A DNA stretch of 61,052 nucleotides from Bacteroidota bacterium (GCA_009908885.1 JAAAOL010000315.1:1-61052), one strand, 5' to 3'. Positions 7,656-16,941 are shown, counted from the first letter of the stretch. The notes: generated from the letters alone by a model not told the origin. Program-made: numbers and translations.

Positions 7656-9740
7656 TTACTGGAAGCGACGGCGCAGGTCTTCGATCTCAGCCTGTTCGCG
7701 GAGCGAGGCGATCCATTGCCGCTGAATCTGCGCCTGGCGCTGCTGCTGGAGGCGCTGGCGGATCTGCTGCCGCTCGGTATCCGAGATCGGCGGCGGCGTG
7801 TTGACCTGCGTCACCCGGGCGACGAAGACGCCGTTTTCGGAGGCTACGACGTCAGACACTTCGCCTTCGTCGAGGCCGAGGACCGTCCCGGCAAAGACGG
7901 GGTCGCGGCCCAGGCCCGGCACCGTCATGTTCGAGAAGGAAATGTCGCTGGCCTGCTGCTGCGTCGTGCCGAGGGCCTGAGCGAGGCCGTCGAAGTCATT
8001 CTGAGCGAGGGCCTGCTCCATGCGCTGCGTCAGGATCTCCTTTTTCTTCTCCTTGTACGCGCGCGGCTCCACCTCGGCCTGCACCTCCTCGAAGGGGCGA
8101 TAGCCTTCCGGCGTGATGGACGCTACGTGCGCGACGATGAACTGCTCGTCGAGCTCGATCACGTCGCTCATGTCACCTTCGTCCGCCTCCTCCAGGAACG
8201 TCATCAGCGCGTTGCTTACGCCGATGCCAGGGATGTTCTCCTGATCGGCTTCGACTTCGACTTGCTGAATCTCCAGTTCCAGCCGGTTGGCTTCTTCTTC
8301 GTAACTCGACTCTTCGGCATAGAACCGAAGGTCCTCTAGCTGCTCCTGGCGGTCGGTCAGCGTCTCACTGGACGCGCGCAGCGGCTCGGCGAAGTCGACG
8401 ATCTTGACTTCCTGGTCGGCGCGGTCCTGCACCTGAATCAAGTGATAGCCGAAGCGCGTCTCGACCGGCCCCACGATCTCGCCAGGCTCGGCCCCGAAAG
8501 CGGCCTCCTCAAACGACTCGACCATGCGCCCCGGGCCGAACCAGCCCAGGTCGCCCCCGCGCTGACCGGACCCGGTGTCGTCGGAGAACTGACGCGCCAT
8601 CGCGGCGAAGTCAGCCCCTTCTTCGATGCGCTCCTGAATGTCGAGGATCCGCTGCCGGGCCTCGGCGCGGGCGTCCGTGTCACGCTCCGGGGCGCGAATC
8701 AGGATGTGGCGGGCGTTGACGACGGTCTCTTCCGCCGGGCGCACGTCGATAATCTTGATGAGGTGGACGAGGTCGCCGACCACGACGGGGCCGACGATCG
8801 AGTCGGGCTCCAGCACGTCGTAGACGACGTCGGCCACGCCCGCATCGAGTTCATCGCGCCGGAAGAAGGTGTCCGTGTAGGAGCGGTCAGAGCCGTACTG
8901 GGCGAGGAAGGTGGAGTCATCTTCAGTCTCGGCGAAGGACGAACGCAGGCGCCCGACGCTCTCCAGCGCGCTGGCGGAGTCGGCCGCCGTCGGCGACTTC
9001 GGCAGGTGCACGTACTCGACCGTGTAGGAGCGCTGCCGTTTATAATCGTCCCGGTTCTCCTGGTAGAAATTGCGCAGATCCCGCTCGGTGACCTCTACCG
9101 AGTCGTTCGGCAGCGAGGCGTAGCGCAGCAGCACGTAGTCGGCATCGACGGAAAAGTTGCGCTTCCGGTATTCCTCAAGAACGTCTTCTTCCGAGACGCG
9201 CACGGTGGCGGAGATCAGCTTGTTCAGCTTCTGCTGCCGCCGCTCCCGACGCAGGTACTGCTCGATCTGGATCCACTGTTGCTGAGCAGCGGGATCATCG
9301 ATAAAGCTCTGGAGCAGCTCACGGTCGATGTTGCCCTGCTCGTCCCCGAAGTTGCGGCGGATGATGGGGTGGGGGTTGTCGCCGATGACCAGGTTGAAGA
9401 CTTCGTCGTCCGTCACGGTGATGCCGAGCTCTTCCATCGCATGCTCCCGCAGCTTGTTCTCGACGAGGGCATCGAAGACTTGGTCGCGCAGCATGTCCAT
9501 GCGCTGCGGGGAGACCTGCTCGCCCGTCTGCTGCTGATAGGCGTCGATCTGGTTGTTGAGGAAGTTATTGTACTCCTCGTACGAGACCGGATCGCCGTCG
9601 ACGACGATGATATCTGAGCCCGGAGAGCCCGCATATTCGAAGGCGCCGGAGTCTTGCAACACCCAGATGACGCCGAATGAAATAACGAGAATCCACAGGA
9701 TGACTCCGGTATTCTCCCGGAGCCGATTCATTGTGCCCAT
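7656..9740 (-). CDS. PpiD/SurA-like periplasmic chaperone, parvulin-type peptidyl-prolyl isomerase
   Basis: N-terminal membrane anchor (GVILWILVISFGVIWVL), a SurA_N-like region, and a parvulin domain ARHILI...GGDLGWFGPGRMVESFEEAAF...FGYHLIQV. Confidence 0.8.
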   Translation of the reverse strand: MGTMNRLRENTGVILWILVISFGVIWVLQDSGAFEYAGSPGSDIIVVDGDPVSYEEYNNFLNNQIDAYQQQTGEQVSPQRMDMLRDQVFDALVENKLREHAMEELGITVTDDEVFNLVIGDNPHPIIRRNFGDEQGNIDRELLQSFIDDPAAQQQWIQIEQYLRRERRQQKLNKLISATVRVSEEDVLEEYRKRNFSVDADYVLLRYASLPNDSVEVTERDLRNFYQENRDDYKRQRSYTVEYVHLPKSPTAADSASALESVGRLRSSFAETEDDSTFLAQYGSDRSYTDTFFRRDELDAGVADVVYDVLEPDSIVGPVVVGDLVHLIKIIDVRPAEETVVNARHILIRAPERDTDARAEARQRILDIQERIEEGADFAAMARQFSDDTGSGQRGGDLGWFGPGRMVESFEEAAFGAEPGEIVGPVETRFGYHLIQVQDRADQEVKIVDFAEPLRASSETLTDRQEQLEDLRFYAEESSYEEEANRLELEIQQVEVEADQENIPGIGVSNALMTFLEEADEGDMSDVIELDEQFIVAHVASITPEGYRPFEEVQAEVEPRAYKEKKKEILTQRMEQALAQNDFDGLAQALGTTQQQASDISFSNMTVPGLGRDPVFAGTVLGLDEGEVSDVVASENGVFVARVTQVNTPPPISDTERQQIRQRLQQQRQAQIQRQWIASLREQAEIEDLRRRFQ

Positions 9741-9967
9741 CAGGCAACCTCCACCGTGCTATACACTAGTTTTTGCTGAACGTCATCGCGGTGAGTCCGG
9801 CGCGTCGCGGTCCGTCCCACCGGAAGCGCCTGCGCAGGCCGTGAGCAGGCACCATTTTAGGGCGCTATATACCCTGCCCCGTTCGAATTGTTCAGAACGT
9901 GTATCGTGCGATGGCCGGTGCTGGTCCGTCCTCGCGAAGATGGTCTGTGAAGATCTGAGGGAGGGGG

Positions 9968-10008
9968 AGAAAAACGACACGGGCGCGACCTCGTGCATCG
10001 CGCCCGTG
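9968..10008 (-). terminator. Rho-independent terminator of the sigma-factor gene
   Basis: Perfect 11-bp stem CACGGGCGCGA/TCGCGCCCGTG (9978-9988 / 9998-10008), followed on the minus strand by a TCGTTTTT tail (9970-9977). Confidence 0.7.
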
Positions 10009-10050
10009 CAGGGCATGCTGATATGTGAAGGGGAGGCCCGGTCGCGCCGA

Positions 10051-10821
10051 TCAGGCTACGACCTCCCGCGCCTGTTGCAGCTTGGTCCGGAGGGTGAGTA
10101 AGATCTTGCTCAGAATCTGCGAGATGCGCGCCTCGGTCAGGCTCATCAGCTGGGCGATGTCGCGCAGGCGCAGATTCTCGAAGTAGTACAGCGCCAGGAT
10201 GTTCTGCTCACGCTCCGGCAGTTCTTTGACCAGCGTGCCGATAAAGTCGTGCAGCGAAGCACGGTCGACCTGTTCGAACCCTTCCATGGCGCCTTCGTTG
10301 GGAATCGTTTCGAGCGTTAACTGCGTGGTTTCGCCGGCCAGCGGAGCATGCAGCGAGACCGCATAACGGCGCTGGGCATCGTACAGGAGCTGATGGTAGT
10401 CCAGCAGCGAGATGTCCAGCGCATCTGCGACCTCCTGGTCGGAGGGTTCCTCGCCGCGTTCCTGCCGCAGCGTCTCAACGGTCTGCTGCGCCTTCGCCAA
10501 GCGCCGCCGCCGGGCCCGAGGAAGCGCGTCGATGGACCGCAGATAGTCGATCACGGCGCCCCGAATGCGTCCGTACGCATAGGAGACGAACGGCGTCTTG
10601 CGCGACGGGTCGTAGCCGTCCAGCGCCTGAAGCAATCCATAAAAGCCGATGTTCTCCAGATCCTCACGAGTAGCGAGGAAGTGATCGGGCGTGTTGATAC
10701 GACTGACGAGGGAACGGACATACGGGAGGGCCGCACGGACGACCGCGTCTCGGTTAGCCTCCGACGGATCCTGTGCGTGGCGTTCAGCCAGAGTCTGTAG
10801 ATTCTTGCTCATGATCAGCAT
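10051..10821 (-). CDS. RNA polymerase sigma factor, FliA/WhiG (sigma-28-type, group 3) family
   Basis: Region 2 (FVSYAYGRIRGAVIDYLR), region 3, and the region 4 HTH (LYYFENLRLRDIAQLMSLTEARISQILSKIL). The start could instead be the ATG at 10812 (MSKNLQ...). Confidence 0.8.
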   Translation of the reverse strand: MLIMSKNLQTLAERHAQDPSEANRDAVVRAALPYVRSLVSRINTPDHFLATREDLENIGFYGLLQALDGYDPSRKTPFVSYAYGRIRGAVIDYLRSIDALPRARRRRLAKAQQTVETLRQERGEEPSDQEVADALDISLLDYHQLLYDAQRRYAVSLHAPLAGETTQLTLETIPNEGAMEGFEQVDRASLHDFIGTLVKELPEREQNILALYYFENLRLRDIAQLMSLTEARISQILSKILLTLRTKLQQAREVVA

Positions 10822-11127
10822 GCACGTCTACTGCGGGTGGAAGCGAGAGGTAGACCACGAGGTGTCTACTTTCGGGGAGGCGTAAACTCAACCATCATGC
10901 CACCCCGAAAACATGGTAGCTTCACGACCCTCGTTCGACCGATCAGATTCATGCAATCGCTTCCACAGAGAGGGGATTCGCGCCGCTCAGATCGCCATTA
11001 AAGGCGGTATTCGGCCAATGAGCCGCGATTCAGGGCGCATCAGGGAGGGACGAGGGGGCGACGCGCGGTCTCGGCCGCGATTCCTGATGAGCCCCGTCCC
11101 GTCTCGGTTGTTCGAACATTCCGAGTA

Positions 11128-11162
11128 GAAACGTAACACTCGGGAGTTACGAAACGATATGA
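11128..11162. repeat. Degenerate third copy (right end only) of the intergenic repeat family
   Basis: GAAACGTAACAC (11128-11139) resembles GAAACACGTAACAC in copy A. ACGAAACGATATGA (11149-11162) resembles GCGAAAACGGTATGA. As in the other copies it abuts the 3' end of a minus-strand gene. Contains the CGTAAC/GTTACG hairpin. Confidence 0.3.
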
Positions 11163-11166
11163 TGGA

Positions 11167-11466
11167 TCATTCTGACCGGTCGGGCTCGTCCGGGGCGGAG
11201 AGGTCCGGCGAGAAGGGGACGAGGTCGAAGGACAGGCAGCGCGCGATGAAGCTGCGGATCCGCTCGGAGCGGTAAAAGCCGTTCCGGAGTCGCTTCCGGA
11301 TCTTCCGGAGTTCGTCGTCGGGCGCCGGATCGGGCGACACGGCGCCGTCCCCAGCGGCACTGGAGGCCGGGGAGGCATCGTCATCCCCGGAGGAATACGA
11401 TGCGTCACCCTGAGCGTTGGACCAGGAAAAGAAGTACCCGAAGAGGGAATCGGAGGCGCTCATCAT
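11167..11466 (-). CDS. small acidic hypothetical protein (possible FlgM-like anti-sigma factor)
   Basis: 99-aa ORF directly upstream of, and co-directional with, the FliA-type sigma gene. The C-terminal ELRKIRKRLRNGFYRSERIRSFIARCL resembles the FlgM C-terminal helix. The functional call is weak. Confidence 0.45.
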   Translation of the reverse strand: MMSASDSLFGYFFSWSNAQGDASYSSGDDDASPASSAAGDGAVSPDPAPDDELRKIRKRLRNGFYRSERIRSFIARCLSFDLVPFSPDLSAPDEPDRSE

Positions 11467-11571
11467 GGAGAACTAGGGCGCCAGCCCCCGAGTTAGACGG
11501 TCAGTAATAGCTTACCTGTCTAATCGGCCCGCTGCGATAAATATTAAGCATGGTCGAAGTTGCTGCATCCT

Positions 11572-12522
11572 ATGCAAGTTGTTCGCCGAAGCACCGTGCT
11601 GTTTCACCTGAGCCTCGCCGTCATTCTAGGCGGGGCCTTCGCGGTCATCGGGGTGCAGGTCTGGCCGCAGGGCGCCTGGCTCGGTCTGCTGCCCGTCGTG
11701 ATCCTTCTCTTCGTGGCCGGGCGCACGCCCTGGCGCCGATGGCGTCTCACGCAGCAGTCGCTGACCCCGCAGGAGCGCGAGTGGCTCGATGACCACGTGC
11801 CGTTCGTCCGCCACCTGGCGCCTGAACGGCGCGAGCGGTTCGAGCGGGACGTCCTGTTCTTTCGTGCCGAGCAGCGCTTCGAAGCCGTCGGGGAGACGGA
11901 AGTGACGGACGAGACCAAGCTCGCCGTCGCGGCCGGGGCGGCGCTGTTGCTCAACGGTCGGACCGACTGGGAGCTGAGCACCCGGCGGACCATTCTCATC
12001 TATCCGGGCAGCTTCGACGACGATTATTACGGCGGCGACTATGCCAGCTTCGACGGCATGGTACACGCGCAGGGCCCGGTTATCTTATCGCACGAGGCCA
12101 TCCGCGAGAGCTGGGACGATCCCGAGAATGGCAGCAACGTGGTGCTGCACGAGCTGGCGCACCTGTTCGATTTCGACGATGCCTATGCCGAGGGCGTCCC
12201 GTCGCTGATGGACCCGTCGTCCGCCGAGGCCTGGAAACGGCTCGTGCAGGCGGAGATGCGTAAGGCTCGCATCGGCAAGTCTCTGCTACGTCGATACGCG
12301 GCCACGAATCCGGCAGAGTTTTTTGCGGTGGCTGTAGAGAATTTCTTCGAACGTCCCGTGCTGCTGCACCGACGGCACCCCGCCGTCTTCGACGCGCTCA
12401 AGGCCTTCTTCAACCTGGATCCTCGGCTGCCGGAGGAGGAGAGGGGCGACGCAGAATCGATGCCTTCACCCGACGAGGAGCCTGCCTCAGCACCTACGCC
12501 GGATGAGGTGGAGTCGAACTGA
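11572..12522 (+). CDS. M90 (MtfA-like) zinc metallopeptidase with N-terminal membrane anchor
   Basis: HELAH zinc motif in NVVLHELAHLFDF and an MtfA-like C-terminal NPAEFFAVAVENFFERP. The ATG at 11572 is preferred to the TTG at 11560. Confidence 0.75.
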   Translation: MQVVRRSTVLFHLSLAVILGGAFAVIGVQVWPQGAWLGLLPVVILLFVAGRTPWRRWRLTQQSLTPQEREWLDDHVPFVRHLAPERRERFERDVLFFRAEQRFEAVGETEVTDETKLAVAAGAALLLNGRTDWELSTRRTILIYPGSFDDDYYGGDYASFDGMVHAQGPVILSHEAIRESWDDPENGSNVVLHELAHLFDFDDAYAEGVPSLMDPSSAEAWKRLVQAEMRKARIGKSLLRRYAATNPAEFFAVAVENFFERPVLLHRRHPAVFDALKAFFNLDPRLPEEERGDAESMPSPDEEPASAPTPDEVESN

Positions 12523-12540
12523 CGCGACAGCGAGGGGCGC

Positions 12541-13794
12541 TCAGGTGACGGGGCCCGCCGCCGTCGCGGTTTCCGGAGGCATCGAGCGGTAATTGCCGTC
12601 CCGCAGGGCATCACCTATGGCATCGAACGCCCGGTCTACCTCTTCCGCGGTGTTCCATACGAACGGCGCCATGCGCAAGAACTGCTTCTTGCGACTGTCT
12701 GTGTAGATGTGCTGCGTCTTCAGGTACGCACAGAGGCGGTCGGCGGCGGGCACCTCCAGGATCACCATGGCGCTCCGTCGCTCGGGGGCGCGCGGGGACT
12801 GAACGCGCACGCCGATGTCGTCGGCGCGGGCGAGCGCGCGCTCGGTCAGGCGTAGGGAGTGGGTGCGCACTGCGTCCAGCCCGACGTCCAGCAGCAGGCG
12901 TACGCCTTCGACGGCGTGATACATCGACGCCACCGCCGTCGTCCCGCCCATAAATCGCCGCCGCACGTCCGGGTGGTCCGCCGGGTCCTGGGCGAACCCG
13001 AACGGGTCCGCGTCGCCGAACCATCCCGCCATCCGCGGGGAGAGGTCCAGCCCGGGGCGCAGGTAGACGAACGCGTTGCCCGATGACCCGCACGCTTCCT
13101 TCAGCAAGCCGCCCATGTATACGTCTGCGTCTACTTTTGAGACTCGAATGGGCACAGATCCGGCGCTGTGGTAGCCGTCGACGACGAACAGGCCGTTCGC
13201 CGCGTGTGTGGCGTCGGCCACGGCGCGGAGCGTTGCGTCAGGCAGCTTCTCGCCCGTCGTGAAGCCGACGTGACTGAGCACCACGAGGCCCGTCTCCGGC
13301 GTGATGGCGTCCAGGACCCGGTCCGCGTCGACGCGCTGGTGCTCCGTCAAGGGGACGACGTGCAGGTCCAGGTCGAACACGTCTTGCCAGCGCCGCAGGC
13401 TGTGCATCACCGAGGGGAATTCGGCCTCGGTAAGCACCACGCGACGCCCGCGCGCCCAGACGTCCGGGGCGGAGAGGAGGCACTGCATCGTCCAGTGCAC
13501 GTTGGGCTGAAGGATGCAGGTGTCCGGCGGGGCGCCCAGCAGCGGCGTGATGAACTCCTCGGCCAGGTACTCTGGCAGGGTCCACCAGCCTACGCGGTCC
13601 TCAGAGGCGGGCCGCCAGTGGTTGGGAATCTCGTTCCACGCATCCACGCCCCGCTGACGCCAGTCGTCGGCGAAGTGCGCCATCATCGCGGGGACCGTAC
13701 GGGGCATCAGCCCGTGCGTGAAGGCACGGAGCTCGATGGCATCCGGTGAAGGTGGCATAAAAAAGGCGTCACGCAGCGGGAGCGAGCGGGCCAT
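12541..13794 (-). CDS. aminotransferase class V-fold PLP-dependent enzyme, kynureninase-like
   Basis: 417 aa. The lysine region DVYMGGLLKEACGSSGNAFVYL is comparable to the kynureninase YKYLNGGPG...AF motif. The exact substrate cannot be inferred. Confidence 0.6.
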   Translation of the reverse strand: MARSLPLRDAFFMPPSPDAIELRAFTHGLMPRTVPAMMAHFADDWRQRGVDAWNEIPNHWRPASEDRVGWWTLPEYLAEEFITPLLGAPPDTCILQPNVHWTMQCLLSAPDVWARGRRVVLTEAEFPSVMHSLRRWQDVFDLDLHVVPLTEHQRVDADRVLDAITPETGLVVLSHVGFTTGEKLPDATLRAVADATHAANGLFVVDGYHSAGSVPIRVSKVDADVYMGGLLKEACGSSGNAFVYLRPGLDLSPRMAGWFGDADPFGFAQDPADHPDVRRRFMGGTTAVASMYHAVEGVRLLLDVGLDAVRTHSLRLTERALARADDIGVRVQSPRAPERRSAMVILEVPAADRLCAYLKTQHIYTDSRKKQFLRMAPFVWNTAEEVDRAFDAIGDALRDGNYRSMPPETATAAGPVT

Positions 13795-14098
13795 GGGTGC
13801 GGTACATTGGGTGACAGGTTGGAATTAAGGTCGGCCTTAACTACCATAGGAAGTGGTGCTATCCAGGCCGTGCCGGTTCCGTGGTTCGCGGCTCGCACCC
13901 TCAAGCTGGCGTGCATCAGGAGAGCCGTTCCCCTCACATCGACGGCTCGAAAACGGACCCGGGAGGAGCTCCGTTCCACGGTTCACGCCAGTTTGGCACC
14001 GCTTTTGTCCTCCTATCATTTTGCTCACCATTGGATTTTCGGCGCCGCCCGCCCTCTGGGCTCACGGACGCTGCAATCCATCCCTGTTTGAGGTACTC

Positions 14099-16024
14099 AT
14101 GGCAGATTCCAACGGCACGTCCACCTCGACGACCACACCGTCCCGGCCTTCGACCTCGCGCGAGGGCCGCGGTCCTGCAAAGGAGAACAACGGCGCCTCA
14201 GCGCCCACGTCCAGCACCTTCGACCCGACCCAGCTGCGCGACCGCGTGGTGGTGCAACTGTTGTTTCACGAGAAGGTGCACATCGATCAGGTCGAGGCTG
14301 CCTGGCAACAGTGGAGTGCGATGCGCCAGGAGGGGTCCAGCGAGGCCCTGTGGCGGGTGCTCGCGCAACACGAAGAGGTAGATCGGGAGGCCGTCTATGC
14401 CGCGGCTGCTGAGGTGTACGCCTTCCGGCGCGTCACCTGCACGCCGGAAGACGCCCTGGCGTTCGTGCGCGGCATCGAGGACATTTTCTCCGAAGATCAG
14501 TGGCAGCGCATGATCGAGTTGCGCGTCGTGCCCGTCGCGCTCGAAGACGAAGAGCAATCGGACGACCGCAAGCTCATCATCGCCACCCACGACCCCGCAC
14601 GGACCGAGATTCACCGGCTCCTGCAGGCGTTCAACCTGAATCGGTTCGAGCTGCAGTACGCCCCGGAGTCGATGCTGCTCGATATCATCGCTGAGGCATT
14701 CCCGCAGAAGAACAAGTACCTGGATCGGCTCGGGGAAGACATCGCCTACGATCTGGGCACGAGCTACGAGGAGGGACAACAGCTCGTCGATGAGGAGGCG
14801 CTGGAGGCCGAGATCAGCCGTTCGAAGCTGATCAACCTGTTTGAGGCCATGCTCATGGAGGCCGTCCGCGCGGGGGCCTCGGACATCCACCTGTTTCCCA
14901 ACGCGAAGCGGCATGTGGAGATTCACTTCCGCGTCGACGGCGAGCTGGAGCCCTGGCACGTCGAAGAGCGGATCCATCCGGAGGCGTTCCTGGCCGTCGC
15001 CAAGGACAACGCCGTCAACGTCGACCGCTTCGAGCGAGACGCGGCGCAGGACGGCGCCATCCAGCGGCGCATCGACGACGCCCTGATCCGGTTTCGCGTC
15101 TCCGTGCTGCCCACCGTCACGGCGGAGCAGAACGTCCGCAGCGAGAGCATCGTCATCCGGGTGCTGGACGACCGCAAGGTGGTCAAGGACCTGTCCAAGC
15201 TGGGGCTCAACCAACTCGCCCTCGACCGCTTTCACCACGCCATCCGGCAGCCATACGGCATGGTGATCCTGACCGGACCTACGGGCTCGGGCAAGACGAC
15301 GACGCTCTACGCGGCCCTGCATGAGGTCGTGACGCCGAAGATCAACGTACTCACGGCCGAGGACCCGGTGGAGTACATCCTGCCGGGCGTCCGCCAGATC
15401 AAGCTGAGCCACAAGCTCCAGCTGGAGTCGGCCCTGCGGTCGATCCTACGGCACGACCCGGACGTGGTGATGGTCGGTGAGATGCGCGACCGCCCGACGG
15501 CCGAGCTCGCGATCAAGCTGGCCAACACGGGCCACCTCACGTTCTCGACGCTGCACACGAACGATGCCCCGAGCGCGGTGTCGCGCCTCTACAAGATGGG
15601 CATCGAGCCGTTTCTCATCGCCTACGCTATCAACCTGGTCGTGGCGCAGCGTCTTATCCGCGTCCTGTGCCCGGCCTGCAAGGTGGAGGAGACGCCGGAC
15701 GACGCGCTGCTGGAACGCATGGGCTTTTCCGAGGAGGAGATCGATGCTTCGACGTTCTACATGCCCCCTTCGTCGGACAGTACCTGCAAGAAGTGCGGCG
15801 GGTCGGGCTACAGCGGGCGTCGGGCTATCTCCGAGACGATGCTCTTCACGCCAGAGATTCGCCACATCATCGTCGCGTCGGACGAGCTGGTGGACGAGGA
15901 TAAGCTCCGCAAGACGGCCATCGAGCAGGGGATGCTGACGCTGCAGGCCTCCGCGCGCGAGCGGGTCAAGAACGGCGAGACGTCCATCCAGGAGATGATG
16001 CGGGTAGTCTTTACGGATTTCTAG
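14099..16024 (+). CDS. GspE/PilB-family type II secretion / type IV pilus assembly ATPase
   Basis: Walker A GPTGSGKTTT, Walker B DPDVVMVGEMRD, His box TGHLTFSTLHTND, tetracysteine CPAC...CKKCGGSGYSGR, and a T2SSE_N-like N-terminal domain. The start is moved to the in-frame ATG at 14099 (MADSNGTST); the upstream 82 codons look non-coding. Confidence 0.85.
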   Translation: MADSNGTSTSTTTPSRPSTSREGRGPAKENNGASAPTSSTFDPTQLRDRVVVQLLFHEKVHIDQVEAAWQQWSAMRQEGSSEALWRVLAQHEEVDREAVYAAAAEVYAFRRVTCTPEDALAFVRGIEDIFSEDQWQRMIELRVVPVALEDEEQSDDRKLIIATHDPARTEIHRLLQAFNLNRFELQYAPESMLLDIIAEAFPQKNKYLDRLGEDIAYDLGTSYEEGQQLVDEEALEAEISRSKLINLFEAMLMEAVRAGASDIHLFPNAKRHVEIHFRVDGELEPWHVEERIHPEAFLAVAKDNAVNVDRFERDAAQDGAIQRRIDDALIRFRVSVLPTVTAEQNVRSESIVIRVLDDRKVVKDLSKLGLNQLALDRFHHAIRQPYGMVILTGPTGSGKTTTLYAALHEVVTPKINVLTAEDPVEYILPGVRQIKLSHKLQLESALRSILRHDPDVVMVGEMRDRPTAELAIKLANTGHLTFSTLHTNDAPSAVSRLYKMGIEPFLIAYAINLVVAQRLIRVLCPACKVEETPDDALLERMGFSEEEIDASTFYMPPSSDSTCKKCGGSGYSGRRAISETMLFTPEIRHIIVASDELVDEDKLRKTAIEQGMLTLQASARERVKNGETSIQEMMRVVFTDF

Positions 16025-16070
16025 TCCGTAGGGACGTCGGGCAGACCGGCGCAGCGTCCTACCAACAAAC

Positions 16071-16104
16071 AACGGGTCGCCTCCATGTCAGGAAGCGACC
16101 CGTT
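16071..16104. terminator. Shared hairpin between the convergent pilB-like and rpmA genes
   Basis: 10-bp stem AACGGGTCGC/GCGACCCGTT with a 14-nt loop. On the minus strand it is followed by GTTTGTTGG. There is no clean T-run on the plus strand. Confidence 0.5.
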
Positions 16105-16140
16105 GGTGGTCTCAAGGGCGTCTCAAAACGAAGAGACGAA

Positions 16141-16401
16141 TTACGCATCGACGGGGTCGACGTGGACGAACCGGCGATTGCCCTTGCTGCGGGCGAACTT
16201 GACGGTGCCTTCCACCTTGGCGAAGAGCGTGTCGTCGCCGCCGCGGCCCACGTTCAGGCCGGGATGAAACTTGGTGCCGCGCTGCCGCACGATGATGCTG
16301 CCAGCCTTGACGTACTCGCCGCCAAAGGCCTTCACGCCCAGCATGTTCGGATTAGAGTCGCGGCCGTTCTTTGTGGAACCTAAGCCTTTCTTATGTGCCA
16401 T
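16141..16401 (-). CDS. rpmA: 50S ribosomal protein L27
   Basis: [24 protein letters not shown]...[13 protein letters not shown]. Confidence 0.97.
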   Translation of the reverse strand: MAHKKGLGSTKNGRDSNPNMLGVKAFGGEYVKAGSIIVRQRGTKFHPGLNVGRGGDDTLFAKVEGTVKFARSKGNRRFVHVDPVDA

Positions 16402-16453
16402 TGCGAACCTCGTAGTGTGCTAGCGAAACAGAATGGGGTGGGCGTCGCGCAGC

Positions 16454-16780
16454 TCAGTCGCTGCCGTTCGTCGAAAGCGAATCCACCTGAATCTGGGTGT
16501 ACTGCTGCCGGTGGCCGCGCTTCACCTTGTAGCGCTTGCGGCGCTTCTTCTTAAAGACGAGCACCTTGTCGGCCTTGACGTGGTCGAGCACGGTGGCCGA
16601 GATGCTGGCGCCGTCGACGGTCGGGGTGCCGACGTGCACGTCGTCGTCGTTGGCGACGAGGAGCACGCGGTCGAACGTGATGGTGTCGTCGGCCTCGGCG
16701 TCGGACAGGTGGGGAATGTACAGTTTGTCGTCCTCGTGGACTTTAAACTGCTTGCCTTTGATCTCTACGATTGCGTACAT
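16454..16780 (-). CDS. rplU: 50S ribosomal protein L21
   Basis: MYAIVEIKGKQFKV...KKKRRKRYKVKRGHRQ. Start placed at the internal ATG 16778-16780. Confidence 0.95.
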   Translation of the reverse strand: MYAIVEIKGKQFKVHEDDKLYIPHLSDAEADDTITFDRVLLVANDDDVHVGTPTVDGASISATVLDHVKADKVLVFKKKRRKRYKVKRGHRQQYTQIQVDSLSTNGSD

Positions 16781-16941
16781 CGGGGTGCCTCTGCTTTGGG
16801 GCGCCGGGTTGGCTACCGACGCGAGAGTTCGGAGTTGCGAATGTCGAAGCTGCAACGAGCATCACAAGGTAATGATCGCCCGCGTTGGGATCAATCCTGT
16901 TAAATGCCTTCGAAATTAGTCTCGTTCCCGTTTTCATTATG

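Noticed and set aside
11083-11150. Hammerhead-ribozyme-like strings: CTGATGAG (11084-11091) followed downstream by two GAAAC boxes and a CGTAAC/GTTACG hairpin
   Set aside because: Stem II cannot be closed next to the core, because the base preceding the first GAAA does not pair with the G after CUGAUGA. The would-be stem III lacks the A15.1-U16.1 pair and the cleavage-site context. The resemblance is limited to short strings.
13853-14098. 82-codon N-terminal extension of the GspE/PilB ORF
   Set aside because: The extension translates as RPCRFRGSRLAPSSWRASGEPFPSHRRLENGPGRSS..., which is not protein-like. It also contains hairpins and AT-richer promoter-like sequence. The ATG at 14099 gives a plausible start.
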